A stretch of 64,000 bases of DNA from Paraspadella gotoi (taxonomy: Eukaryota; Animalia; Chaetognatha): the NCBI GenBank assembly GCA_051294375.1, contig CM119267.1, positions 13,942,186-14,006,185 on the forward strand, read 5' to 3'. Positions 13,362 through 27,149 of the stretch are shown here, piece by piece. The notes under the pieces were generated by a model. It worked only from the letters and a program-made list of their open reading frames with translations, had not been told where the DNA came from and did no database searches. The first letter of the stretch is position 1; the number at the start of each line of letters is the position of its first letter. Both the position numbers and the translations under genes were made by a program.

Positions 13362-15367
13362 ATCTTTCTTTCTTTCTTTTTTTCTTTCTTTCTTTATTTC
13401 ATTCTTTTTTCTCCTCCTTGCTTTCTACTTTATATTCCATTTCTTGTTGTCGACGTATGTACCCAACTTTAACTACATTTCATTTCAACTTTTTCTCTCT
13501 CATTCCAAATTCAAATCTCCAGGTTCCAGTCTGTATCTCTAGAGGTGACTCGTCTCCACGGCCGCCACGCCCACGCGTTTTTCCGTCGACAGAGTTTCCA
13601 TAAATTTTTTTAGATTCACAATCGTCAATTGTTCTTTTCTTTCTACCTTCGGATCTCAACGAAGGAAATCAGATTTTGCCCAAAATTGGATTTAGTAGAG
13701 AGGTCTGTCTCTCAAAGGGGTGGAACCGAGAAAGAGAGAGGAAGAAAAGGGAGAATAGAGAGAGAGAGAGAAGAGAGAGGGAGAGGTCGAGACGATGAGA
13801 GCGATTTTGATGATAGAGAAGGAGCGGACGCGAGGAGAGAAGAGCGAGAGAGAGAAAGAGAGAGAGAGAGACTAGAGAAAGATTGTAGCCGACGCCACGA
13901 TCGAAATCCTGCACCGCGTTTAGCGCCAAAACGAAAGACTGCATCCCCGCCCCTCTCTTTCAAGCACTAACAGCGGCAGCGACGACGCCGATCTTATTCT
14001 ATAAATCATCGGAAACTCCACTCGTTCGACAAACGGCCTAATCTAACTCTCCATTACGGGTTCGTGACCGAGGCCGGCGACCGATCGGCACTCCCGTCCT
14101 CGCCCCTCGTCCTCACCCTGGGACGAACTCGTCCGGCTTATCGGCCCCGCCCCGATTCAAATTTCCCCCCTCGGATACAAAATGTCACAAAAGGTTTTTT
14201 CACCTGAAAAAACTCGATGGACGAAAAGGAAAGGAGGACGAAGAAGGACGAACGACGACCGAGAGGAAGAGGAGGAGGAGGAGGAAGAGTCACCGAAAAG
14301 AGGTTCAATTTGATATCGGAAACGCATTCCGTTGGAAAATGGAGGACCGAAGCCCCGCGGTGGTCGGGGGTGGAAACCGTCGGTGGTTCCACCTTCGTTG
14401 GGCAAATCCGATTTTTAACGTGACTTGCGCCACCTCTGCCCGTGACGGATCGCTTCGAGAGGGCGCGAGATTCGCTTTCGCCGGATTCACAATAACAAAA
14501 AAAAAAGGACATCGCCTGACATTCTTCTCTCTCTTTCTTCCCTCTCCACCCACCCTCTCTACGCCACCATCACGTTGGGATATGAAGTGTCACAATAGTT
14601 TTCCCCCCGAAATCCCGCCTTCCAACGAAATATCACGGAGGCCAGAACCAAGGTTACGAAGGTGAAAGGGTGAAAGGTTGAAAAGGCTGGAAAAAGAGGG
14701 GAAAAAAAGACACTATAGACAGAAAAACAAGTCTCTTAGAAAAAAAAAATCGAACTCTCTAATTTAAAACAATGAACGAAGAATAATTTCACAAACAAAA
14801 AATTCTCGAAAAACTATTAATTTCTACAGCAGAAGGAAGATGTCTTGAGAGAAAAAAGAAAGAGAAAAATGTAGATTTTGTAGAAACTGAAAAATGAAAA
14901 ACGGCAGAGAATAACATTCGAAATCCATCAAAAGAAAAAGGACTAACCGAACCGTCGGAAAATCCAAACTGCCCAGTGGCCAATGCCGGATTGGAAAACG
15001 CGCGGGTCCTCCCGAAAAATGGCAGGACTGTCAAAAGCTGTCAAAAAAAGGGTTCGCTTCCCTTGGAAACCTAAAAAAAAACCTTAAATGTTTTTAGCTT
15101 CGACATTAGCCCAGTAACCGAAATAATGTGGGTGGTATTACAATCCTTACAAGCTTACTCTGTATCAGTCTGAGAAAGGAAGTAATTTAATTGTCAATAG
15201 CCAGACATGAAAACAATGCAGCAGTATCCATTTGGTCGGCGAAAAAATGCATATCATACGTAATGGTGGAAAAAATGAGCCCGTGGTAAAATGACCAAAG
15301 ATGACGACAGTGGAAACTTTATCGAAAATTTCAATAATAAACATAAATAACAAAGATTGCTATAATC

Positions 15368-15459
<92 letters not shown>

Positions 15460-15919
15460 GCGTTGCCGATCTTCATCTTCGTGCATATAGTTTCCAGAAG
15501 ATTAGTAAGCTGCCTGGCGAACGTCGCGACTCTTACTGCGAAATTGCCAGTTCCCCCCCTCCGACGGTGGCATTGCCGTTTCTCGTTGCCATTCCAATTT
15601 CCCGTTGTTAAGATTCAGGGACGTCGGGATCACGAGAGTCGACGCTTGAAATTTCAAGACTCGAGAGGCAAAGCGTGAGAGCGTGGGCGGAGCACAAGTG
15701 GCTGGGTTTGTGAGAGAGAGGGAGAGAGAGAGAGAGGGAGAGAGAGAGAGGGAGAGGGAGAGGGAGAGAAAGAGAGAGAGAGAAAGAGAGAGAGAGAGAA
15801 GATGCGTGTCTCCCAATTTCTCTCTCGGATGAAGGCAGTGGGATTTCGCGGTCATAACACGTAAAAACTCTGAGATGGAAACTTCGCTTCGGCTTCAGCT
15901 TCCGGTTTGGGGATTTTTC

Positions 15920-16015
<96 letters not shown>

Positions 16016-16309
16016 TTTCTCTCTCTCTCTCTCTCAACCCCTTTTTCTCTTCACCTTCTTCTGGGGATTTATTTTTTCTTCCATTTTCTTTTCTAGTATT
16101 TTGTTTATCTTTTCCAAGGATTTCGATTTTGTTTTTATTTTTCCGTTTATTGTCGTCGCCAAATTCAGTGTTGTGTGGGGGCGCGCCTGTGTGTGATTGT
16201 TAGTTTGTGAGAGATGAAGAAATAAATAAAGAAAGAAAGAGAAAAAAAGAGGACAAAGAGGGATAGATAAAAGGAGAGATATTAGATGGAAGCAGAGAGG
16301 AAGACAGAC

Positions 16310-16346
<37 letters not shown>

Positions 16347-16639
16347 AGAGAGGAGAGAGAGAGACGAGAGAGAGATGGAGAGAGAGAGAGAGAGAAAAGT
16401 GCCAATATGTCGATGACACGATCGAATAACGTCTGTTGAACGTCTCACTTCTCATCTCTGCCACCTTGGAGACGTGATTTGGATTTATTTGTTACCACCA
16501 TTACCACTATTACCACCATTACCACCATTAACAACAACAACAACAACCAAAGGGATTTTGCAATGTGTTAGGACGAAGGAAAAGAAGAGATGAAGAGACG
16601 GGGGGAAAGAAGGAGAGAGAGGGAGAGGGGGGGAGAGAC

Positions 16640-16841
<202 letters not shown>

Positions 16842-17499
16842 AAACGGTTTCGAATTTTCGGATGTTTGATTGATTGATTGTTTCGACGGCCATCGAGGAG
16901 AATGAGGAGGAGGAGAAGAAGGAAGGAAAGGATAAAGGAGGAGGAAGAGGAGGAGGAAGAGGAGGAGGGAGGAAAGGATGAGGAAGAGGAGGAGGAAGAG
17001 GAACAGACGTAAGGCAGGAAAAGAAACCGGGTAAAAAAAAAAAAAAAATCCGGGACGGAATAAACAAATCGGTTTAGAGGGATAAAGGAGGAAGGGGAGC
17101 GGCAAAGGAAAAGCGGATAGAAGCGGACGGAAGCGGAGAAGACGGGAAGCGGACAGTGAGATAGAATGTAGACGGTAACGCGTTCCTTAATCGCGGTAGC
17201 GGGTTAATTTTTCGTAATTTTTTTAAATGTTTTATTATTAGGTTTATTAGATCTCTCTTTTTTTTCTAAGATTAATTAATTAATTTAATCGATAAATTCA
17301 ATACCTTAAAACAATTAAATACGTTAACTACCTGTTCATCGTACTAATATCATTTGTAATTTTTACAAAGTAAACAAATAAATTGGTCACCCGACTAAAA
17401 ATCGTCTTATCGTGTCAGCGAGAAACCGCCCCCCCCAAAAAAAGGAAAAAGTAAAAAGAAAAACAAATAGAGATTAAGCAGTAAAGTACAAAAAAGAAA

Positions 17500-17841
17500 A
17501 AACAAGAACGGTAATTCAAATGTGTTGCGCCGCAGTGTTTTTCTCGTGACATGATATGACATGATTACAATAACTTTCTTAGCCCGTGCATTTATGATGA
17601 CACGCACTGCAACAAAATTTTGTCTTTTATTCTTTATAGTTTTGGGATTTCCTGAAGGCGGCGCTTGCAGTCCTTTGGATTTGAGGTTTTTTTCCTTTCT
17701 TAACAAATGAGCAACCTACTATATGCAAGTTACAATACAATGAGCATTTTTAATGTAAGAGGGACAGACGGACCGACCGACCGACCGATTGAAAAGTGAC
17801 TTATAGAGTCGATCCGCGAGTACTCGCGGCGCAACTAAAAA
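17500..17841 (-). mobile_element. HINE/DINE-1-like non-autonomous Helentron, family A, copy 1
   Basis: Alignable by eye with 23611-23983 (inverted) and 33612-34015. Ends AAACAAG...ACTAAAAA, subterminal inverted repeats gttgcgccgc/gcggcgcaac, palindrome ccgcgagtactcgcgg, and a (GACC)n microsatellite (GTC-based tetramer on the opposite strand). Confidence 0.7.
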
Positions 17842-18402
17842 TAAAGCGACCGGCGAATATAAAATTTAAAACTAGCGGAGAAACGATATAAAAAACCCCG
17901 AAGAATATAAAACCGGATAAAAATGAAAAACAAAATGTAAAATATGCGAGAATAAAAATCGTGGAAATGAAGGAGGGAGAGTGGAGGTTGGGGGGGGGGA
18001 GAAACAAACCGAAAATTAAGTGATTTGACGAGAGGTTTCGTTTCCTTCCTTTCTGGTCCGAATCCAAAAATAATGAAAAACAAAACGGAGGAAGAACAAA
18101 AATTGAAAACAAGAGAATGAAAAAAAAAATCGGATTTTTATGAACAAAGGAGAAGAAAAGAAGGAAATTAAAAAGAGGGGAGAGGGGAAGGGGAAGGGGA
18201 AGGGGAATGGGAAGGAAGGGGGAAGGGGGCGGAGGATTTAGGGAGAGTGAGAGGGGGCGGCTTTTGTTGCTGAATGAAACAGGAGGAGGCGAGATTGCGA
18301 CTCCGGGACCGAACGGGGTCAGACGAGGCAATACACCAAATGGGGTGAAGATGGAAAAAAAGCCTCTAAATAAATAATATTTAGAAGCGAGGAAAAGATG
18401 AA

Positions 18403-18439
<37 letters not shown>

Positions 18440-20040
18440 GAAATGATGAGTAAACAGAAGAAAAAAGCAAGAAGGAAAAATTGAAGAGAAAGAGAGAGAG
18501 GAGAGAAATGAGAGGAGAAAGATTCAGCAGAGTAGAAGGAAAGGAGGGGATGAGGCGGAAAATGAATGAAAGGGGAGAAAAAGAAGGGAAAATGAATTAA
18601 TAAAGGAAAAAGAGGGAAACAATGGAAAGAGGAGATCTAAAGAGAATGAAGTGAAAAGGAAAGAGAAGAATATAAGGATATGAAGAAGGGAGTAAAAAAA
18701 ATTTGGAATGAATCAAAATGAAGCGATTAAAATAGGAAAGGAAAGAGAGAAACAAAGAAAAGAAACGATGAAAAAAAGGAAGGAGGAAATGAGAAATGAA
18801 GCAAAGAGCAAAAAAATAAAAAATAAAATGAATCAAAGAACACAGAAAGGAAGAAAATGAAAGCGTGAGAGCGAGAGGAGAAAACAGTGGGAGGAGAAAA
18901 AAAAGGGAGGAAGAGAGCAGAGGGAATCACGGAGTCGGGGGAAATTAGATTTTAAGGGAATTAAATCAGAACTGAACTTTGCCGAAAACAAAGCAATTAA
19001 TTTAGGGAGGAAAACGAGGAATTTCTGGACCAGCGACGAAAAGACCGGTTTCATATGCTTTTTTTTGCTCTTTTTAGGTCTCAGGAATTTAGGATGTATA
19101 CACTTTTTAATAAACATCGCATTGTAAATTATAATCCCTGTCGGAATTTCGATCGTGATTTCGAGATCCGATCCGTGTTTGTGAATTCGAAGATTCGCGT
19201 GAGAGAAGTTGGACTATTTTTAAACGATGGCAAAGTCGTTCACCACGTAAATATCCACGATTATTTCGCTCGTGATTCTTTCAATTAACTTTCGGTTTTT
19301 TGTCTTGAAAATAATATTCAGACAAAAGAAATGAAGACGGAATACAAGAAATGAAGGAAATAGAAAGAAAAGAAAAAAAAGAAAAGTCATTGATTTCGTT
19401 TTTAAAAAAAAGCCAATTCAGGCCTTCTCTTTTTTGTTTCGTTTTGTTTAAAACATAAAAATAAAATCCGATGAACGAATGGAGAATAAAGCGAGAACAA
19501 ATTGTAACTTTTTTTTCGCGCAGAGTTTATTATTTTTGGAGTTTAAATCGTGTAGTTAATTTTTGTAAAGTGAAAGTAAAAAAAAAATTTCAAAAACGGA
19601 TGCGTACATATCGAATGTAGATCCAGTGGAATACGTAGATCCGCGAATGACCTATGGGTTTAAAGGAAAAAATGTACTAGGTTAAAAATTTTGAGTAAAA
19701 ACCATTTAAAAAAAAACAAACAAAAAACCCGAAATAAAAAAACAAAGGAGAAAATAAACAAAAGGCGCTCCGCCATCTTGAGTCCGTTTTCGCGCAACGA
19801 GGAAAGAAAAACAGGAAAAAATGAGGATTTGGCGAGGATGAGAGAGAAGAAGAGCGAAATAAAAGCGAAAGGAAAAAAGGAGAGAAGTTGAAATTCTTTA
19901 GCGAGATGGAAAAGGAAGAGTGAAAAATATTATGAAGAGAAAGAGGAAAAGAGAAAGAAGTTAAAAGAGCAAATGTTGGGATTTTTACAGGTGTTTAAAA
20001 AATCTGAAAGTCCAAACGTTTTTAGACTAAACGGTGATGA

Positions 20041-20100
<60 letters not shown>

Positions 20101-20843
20101 CCAGTTGCGATCGTCATGTGATCGTCTCTCCGTGATTTTCGATGCGTTCGGTCACTCCGGAAATCGTTGTCCGTTGTGGGCGTGGAGCAAAAAAGTTTAA
20201 AAAGTTGGCGTTGGAGAAATTCCGAGGGTAAAACGTTGATGTCAGACGATTTTGGTCAATCTTTGATACGAATCTCAGCGTCTGGTTTTTATTGAATGGT
20301 GAAATCATAAATTCATTCTTTGCCCGAATTAGACGATTCAAATATTTCTGTTTTCTTGAGAACTGGCTGCACTGCTTTGCGGTGCCAAATTAATGGGTCA
20401 GAGTACACCTGATTAAGTCGGTCAGACCTCGATTTCCGAGTCAGTAAAACGAAAACAAAAAGAAACTAATTATTTAAGCGTCCAGACTTGGTGTATAACC
20501 CTCATGCTTGAAACGCTCGTCTAAAATCTAAAAAAGGTCGAGTTTCCGTTCACGATTCCTTCCGAAAATGTAAATTCATTTATTTTATCAATTAAAATTA
20601 CTTGTTCTTTTCTTTCTTTTTTAGTTATTGCGCGCGCATTGACGTTTTAAGCGCCCTCTGTAAATTTGTTTTTTCACTCACTCACAGAAATGTAGTCGGA
20701 CAATGTAAAATTTCGGGGCTTGATGATAAATGAAAACAAATTTGTTTATTTAAAATAATTATGAACAGAAAATTAAAGAAACCTATGATCGTTTTACAAA
20801 GTCTCTTAAGTGATCTCCAATATCTCTCTCTTATCGTTCACAG

Positions 20844-20993
20844 AGAAACGAGGGGCGATGCAAAACACAATTTGACGCAAATCGATGATGGCTTTCTCTG
20901 CGCGTACTGTGAGTTGATTCTCAAAGACCCGTTCCAAGGTTCTTGCGGCCACGGATATTGCTTTCTCTGCGCTGAAGCAATGGGCATTCCAAG
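20844..20993 (+). CDS. Exon encoding a TRAF-type C3HC4 RING finger fragment
   Basis: Acceptor ttatcgttcacag| and donor ccaag|gtcgg bound a 150-nt phase 2-2 exon. It translates as ETRGDAKHNLTQIDDGFLCAYCELILKDPFQGSCGHGYCFLCAEAMGIP, matching the CxxC..LKDPxQxxCGHxYCxxC pattern of TRAF-family RINGs. Confidence 0.7.
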
Positions 20994-21154
20994 GTCGGCT
21001 TTGTTACGAAATGGTACTTTGCAATCTGAATGTCTGCTAATTTTGCGTACTAATAAAATGTTAAATTGTGTAACTTTGTCTTTGGTTTGATTTTTTTGCA
21101 GTATTTTAGCAGATAGTTTAGAATTTAAACAATTAATATTATTATTTGAGACAG

Positions 21155-21305
21155 AAAATTCGTTGATAACACCCGCCATGGGAGGAATTGCAACGAGGGT
21201 ACAATAACAATGACCACGATGTCAGCAACCGACGAATATATCTCTGTAGCCAGTCGTGCGCCTCCGAGTTTCCAACTTACCAGTGTAATAAAAAAATTAC
21301 AGTAA
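21155..21305 (+). CDS. Probable next (terminal) exon of the RING gene
   Basis: Acceptor gagacag|; phase-compatible with the RING exon and open for 49 codons (KFVDNTRHGRNCNEGTITMTTMS...KKLQ*). No recognisable TRAF zinc finger or MATH sequence. Confidence 0.35.
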
Positions 21306-21508
21306 AAAACAAATATATGTCCCAAAGGAAAGGAGAATGTGAATGAACCCAGAAGAAAAGAGAAATGTGGCCCGATATATATAATTGGATCTAACTCGGA
21401 GAAAAGTTCATAAAACGTTCGCCAACGATTACTGCGCTAAGCCGGACTAAATCTCTGCCGCGCCATCTCTCAGTGAGAGATTGAAAGATGAAGTAGGGCT
21501 GAGAGAGG

Positions 21509-21540
<32 letters not shown>

Positions 21541-22159
21541 AAGAGAGAGAGAGAAAGAGAGAGCGAGAGAGAGAGAGAGTCGCCGGCGATGATGGGTGAG
21601 TTGAACATCTTTGAGCCGATATGGAAGATCGGGCCTCCACTCATGCGCCTCCAAATTGTGTTACTTTCTTTCTTTTTTCCCCCTTTCTTTCCATATTTCT
21701 TATTTTCTTTCTTTCTTTTTTCTTTCTTCATTTCTTTCTTTCTTTATTTCTTTCTTTATTTCTTTGTTCTTTTTTTTTAAACTATTCTTTAATTTACTTT
21801 TTTTTCGCCCTCTCAACACGCTTTCCTTCTTGCTTTCTATCTTCCTTCCATTCTTTATTTTATCTGTCGATTTGGTTTTTTTTTCCTTTTTTTTTTTCTG
21901 TTTAGCTTTCTCCTCAGTTCACCTCACGCTCTAGACCGGACGCCGACAGCAGATCGATACGCCAATTTGCATACGAGAGCGAGTGGGAGTCAGTGAGAGA
22001 GAGAGCGAGAGGCAACGATAGGAGAGGGAGAGAGAAGGAGTGATCGCAAAGTGGGAAAGAAAGAGAACGAGCGAGGGAGAAGGAAAGTTAAACACCCCCC
22101 CCCAAGAAAAAAGAATCAGAAAAGGAGATTTTGAGAAAAGAAAAACAGGAGATCACCGC

Positions 22160-22375
22160 CCAATGTATATAAGCCGGCAAAATTTGTGGCCATTTGAGAA
22201 TAGTTACTGTCGGGAATTAGAACTGTTAGTTTAGTTCAGTTTAGTTTAGTTTAGTTTAGTTTAGTTTAGTTTAGTTTAGTTTAAAAGATTTCGTACGTAG
22301 TTAGGTTCGTTGGTCGCCTGTTTACTCGTTACGATCTGCGCTTGAAAAATAAGTGAAAATCAAGTCAATCCTGAG
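22160..22375 (+). promoter_or_regulatory. TATA promoter with probable non-coding first exon
   Basis: TATATAA at 22166, Inr-like TAGTT about 35 bp later at 22201, a (GTTTA)n leader, and donor gag|gtaaag at 22375/22376. Confidence 0.4.
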
Positions 22376-23247
22376 GTAAAGCGGGCGGTGAGATGTGAGA
22401 TGTGAGAGGGCGTAAGAAAGTGGATGTGAAAAAATGGGAGAGACGGAATTGGTTTGGGCAAGACGGGGGAGGGCGGATGGGGGAAGGGGGAGGAATTCAA
22501 AGAAAGGTGAAGTACAGGGGCAGATGACTTGACCCGGACGGAGGAAGGATGTTGACCCGCGCCAAAATATTTTGACCAGGACGAGGCTAGACTCCGAGGG
22601 CGTTGGAGGCGGCGGAATCGGAGGCGGCGGTCACGTGGGCAGAGGCGGGAGAAGAGACCATTCGATTGTCTAATTGAGTTAAGAAAGAAAAAAAAACCTG
22701 CTCAGTAAATAGTCGCCTTCTCGTAAGGACACTCTAATTTATCAAGGATGTAAAAGTCATTTAACTTTTTTAATCGTTCGCTCCTATTCGCCGCTAAATC
22801 GCTGACAATATTCTCAACACCAAATCTCAGTAAACAACTAAACGCAGCGACGACAATTCGTCAGACTTTGAAAGCGAATTTTTAACAAACTTAACGAAAG
22901 AATAAGTAAGAATTCTAGTTAATTATTCCGTATTATAGATCGTCAATTACCGCGAGATAAGTGTGAAAAAATTGAGACGTCGCAGTAAACCAACCTTAAG
23001 CTGCCATCTTCACAGCCCACGTCGTTTTAAACGTCTCAACTCAAGAAAGTTATCCGCGTTTCTTTTGCTACCTTAACTTACCTTCAACGCCATCATCCAC
23101 GTCGTAATCCCTTCCTTACCTCCCCTCCACTCCCCGCTTGGTGAGTCACAGACTCCCCCATTTCTCATCATTGGACGAGGACGACGATTCTTTCAGCGAC
23201 CAACAAAAGAAGATTCAAACTAGACGCTCTCAAAAGATTCTTTTCAA

Positions 23248-23299
<52 letters not shown>

Positions 23300-23399
23300 A
23301 AAAAATATCAAAATAAAGCGTTTAACGAGTTCCTTCTCATGAATACGTTTAAAAACGGTTTGGATAGGAGGCTGCCGATTGAGGGAAAGGGATATAAAC

Positions 23400-23454
<55 letters not shown>

Positions 23455-23610
23455 CCATATTCGCCTCACCTAGAATCAAAGAGAGAAAAGAGGGGCATCC
23501 GCGACTCGGAATATGTTTTTCAGGTTCGTCCTCGTTTTCGGTTTAATGAGTTTTTTTTTTCAAGTTGCGACGATCAAGTCATGTGACTCTCAGTGAATCT
23601 CATTTCCTGC

Positions 23611-23983
23611 TTTTTAGTTGCGCCGCGAGTACTCGCGGAGCAACTCTATAAGTCACTTTTTGGTCGGTCTGTGGGTCATTCTGTCCCACTTAGGTTAAAA
23701 ATGAACATAATTTGCTTATAGTTAGTTGCTCATTTGTTAGTACAGGAAAAAAAACTCAAATCTAAGGGACTACGAGCGCCGCCTTCAGGAAATCCTAAAA
23801 CTATAAAGAATAAAAGGCGGAATTCCGATGCAGTGCATGTCATAAATACACAGGCTAAAAAGTTATTGTAGTCATGTAGTCATATCATGTCGCGTCATGT
23901 CATGTCATAACATGTCACGAAAAATACATGTGAAAATAAAGCCACTGCGGCGCATCACATTGGATGAACCGATCTCGTCTTTT
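23611..23983 (+). mobile_element. HINE/DINE-1-like element, family A, copy 2
   Basis: Starts tttttagttgcgccgcgagtactcgcggagcaactctataagtcac, then gtcggtctg; internal (catgt)n; ends gcggcgcatc...tctcgtctttt. Reverse-complement homologue of copies 1 and 3. Confidence 0.7.
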
Positions 23984-24807
23984 GGATATTTCGAGTTGAC
24001 TAATTTTTTTCCAGATGCATCACCATTCAGAAATCATCCTTGGTATCAATTTAAATGTGATGCTAAGTAATTATTATTATATAATTGCCAAGTATTTCTC
24101 GGCTCCGTTGGTATTTTAATAAAATAAAATGTAAAGGAAATCTGGGCAAAAAAAAAAGTTGTGAATGGAGTCAAAAAGAAAAAAAAAAAAAAAACCGGCT
24201 CGAGAATTTTAAGAAGAATAAAAAAGAATCAAAGTTACAACAAAATATATCGGACATTTTTTATATGTCTCTCTCTTTTTTCCTTCTCTCCCGTCTCGAC
24301 TGGTAACAGAAATCCGATACTCGGTCGTACCAGTAACTCGAAAGCTCTATCAAAAAGTATAAAAATAATAAACGATTGCCGAATCTTATTGCAATGGCCG
24401 TGCGGAATTCCCAACTCTTACTAGTCTATCAATTGGACCACTAAAACTTTGACATCTCTTTACCTTCCAACACTCGCTCTTTCGCAGTTCTCCCTTGACA
24501 TCTGCCATCAATTCATCGACCCGCCCCCATGGTATATATCTCCACTTCTCTACATCTACACCACCTTCGACCCATCACGTCCTTTCCCTCAAATCACCCG
24601 CCCCTCCCCCACCTCCCTCCCCTCATTTTCCCACCCCCTAATCTCTCGGCTCCTTCCCCCATTCGGCCGGATCGCCCAGTCATCCGGGATATAAAGGCGT
24701 CGGCGATGCCGCTCGAATGGCCCATCGCGCCGCGTTCGCGACCGCCTTAAAAACGAGGCATAAATCTGTCGCCGCTCGGGACGATGGCGCTGGCGATGGA
24801 TGTCGAC

Positions 24808-24945
24808 GCGTGACGCCGGCGTGACGAGAGCGTGACGCCGGCGTGACGCGGAAAGTGACGGAAGCACGACCTCAGCGCGACCTCGGCGCGTCACGGGCAC
24901 GGGCGGGAAATAGGCTTGACGCAGTCTTGACGCAGGCTTGACGCG
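24808..24945. promoter_or_regulatory. Two 11-bp-period arrays of TGACG motifs in a CpG-rich island
   Basis: TGACG at 24811, 24822, 24833, 24844, 24856 (unit gcgtgacgccg) and at 24917, 24928, 24939 (unit gcttgacgcag); a TATA-like gatataaa lies near 24688. Confidence 0.4.
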
Positions 24946-25221
24946 GGCCAAGTCTCTTTTCGAGTTACTTCGAAGTGCATTTTTTGCTTTTAAATCGACA
25001 AACAAGACTGGATATGGAAGAATTGATGCAACAAGATTCGAGTTTTTTTGAGGAACAAGAGTCCACCCAAATCTTCCGTGAGAGCAAAACGGAGTGAGAA
25101 ATCACGTGAAGAAAAATAAAAAGTCGATAAAATCAAGAAAAGAGGAATCTCCACAGAAGAGACTTTCATGTGACGTATCGGGCAAAAAAGAAAAGCGGGC
25201 GAGATATTCACAGGGGGGAGG

Positions 25222-25264
<43 letters not shown>

Positions 25265-25835
25265 ACTCGTAACGCTCCACACACAAAAAAAATCCACACA
25301 TAAAAACAAGAAGCGGATCGATATTCGCCATCTTCTGTCAAATTAAACGGACAACAACGACGAGGACTTTTGAAGTTTTTTTCTCAGAGAAAACGACGAA
25401 ATATAATGACGAAGGACACACATGGGTAAGTGCCGAAAGGGGGGAATCGGGTAAGGTACGATTTGAATTGAGAAGAGGTTTGCACGAGGGGCCCCGATGG
25501 ATTGGCCAAGGAATTTAGGGTCAGGAAAGGTAAATAATTTAAAGAAAAGAAAATTCTTCATCTTACCAAACACTGAAGTGAAAAAGAATGTAAGAACATT
25601 TTTATCTTCGGTGTAAATACTTTTGTTTCGTTGAGTTTGAATATGGTTAAAAATGAGTTTAGTAATTTGAACAATGATACTTAAAACTAAACGATTCTAC
25701 TAATGCCGTACACGAAACCCAAAACTTTACGAAATCTACGTACGGAACAAGGAAAGGTCACCGGAATCCAAGCACTACGAGGTGCGAAAGAAAAAAAACC
25801 CCAAAACTCCGCAAAACTCGAGAAGAAACCTGAGC

Positions 25836-25969
25836 TGACGTCAACCGAGCGAACGAGGGGGAAAAAAACCCCAGTGTCACGTGAAGGACGACGCCGCATC
25901 ACGTGATCCGCTTCCTCGAATCACGTGAGAACCAGAGAACGTTCACGTGATCGCCTCCCGGAACACATG
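25836..25969. promoter_or_regulatory. CRE (TGACGTCA) plus four TCACGTGA E-boxes at 22-bp period
   Basis: TGACGTCA at 25836; TCACGTGA at 25877, 25899, 25921 and 25943 with three different 14-nt spacers; CACATG at 25964. Confidence 0.6.
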
Positions 25970-26554
25970 TCTGCTACAAGACGCTGATGATGCAGTGCGT
26001 GGGAGGAAAGGAAGAGGAAGAGAAGTAGGAGGAAGAGGAGGAGGAGGAGGAAAATGAGAAACCGGGAGAGGGAGGAGGAGGAGGAGGAGGAGATAGAAAA
26101 TAAGAGAAGGATCATATGAGAACGAGTGAGAGAAAGAGAGAGAGAGAGAGAGGGGAAATGAGAGAGAGGGAGAGTGTGAAGGGGGATAGAGAGAGAAAGA
26201 AGACTACGGGAAAAAAAGCTGAATACGAGCTGGCGTGCGAGAAGAGGGAATGTGCGAAGAAAAATGACAAAAAATGAAAAAGTTGAGAAGGGGAAAAAAT
26301 TAAATTAAAACAAAAAAAAGAAGTCTAAAGAAAGAGAAAGGAAAATGGGAAAAACTAATAAAAAAAAATTCTGAAGATATACATAAATAACGAGGGAAAC
26401 AAAAAGATAAAAGAATAAATATTAAAATAATAATAAATAATAATAAAAGAATAAAAATAGAAAATAAAGAAATTGAAAATGAAAATAACGGATGTTCTGT
26501 TAGGAATTAGATTGGGCGATAGAAACTACGGTCTTTTTCTGAAAGACGAGAAGT

Positions 26555-26594
<40 letters not shown>

Positions 26595-26871
26595 AGAGAT
26601 TCAGGATGCTGATCGCGTTGAAGGCAAAACGCGAGAGGGCGACAGGCGAGCAATCAGAGAATTTTTAGTCACGAGTCAAGGAAAGAAATTTCGGGTTCAC
26701 TCGGTTTTTTTTTTATTAACTTTTTCTTATTTTTGGAGGAAAAATTTCTTTTTTTCATTTTCTTGGGAAAATATATAATTTTAAGTGAAGAATAAAAAAA
26801 ACACGAGGAAAACGAGAAAATTTGTTGAGAAAAATGAATCGACGACTGAAAATAACAAAATGACGAAATGA

Positions 26872-26905
<34 letters not shown>

Positions 26906-27077
26906 TTTGACTTTCGACAGTCGCTGAAAATTTTTTTTTCATTGAGTCGATTGTGACCGTAAAATGATGGCGAGAGGGAAAGAGAAAGAAAAGAAAAAAA
27001 AGAAAGAAAAAAAAAGAAAGAAAAAAAAAGAAAAAAAAAAAGAAGAAAAAAAAGAAAGAAAGAAAGAGAGAGAGGGG

Positions 27078-27149
<72 letters not shown>

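Noticed and set aside
25877-25950. Repeat-spacer pattern superficially like a CRISPR array
   Set aside because: 8-bp repeats and 14-bp spacers are far too short; eukaryotic context with no cas genes.
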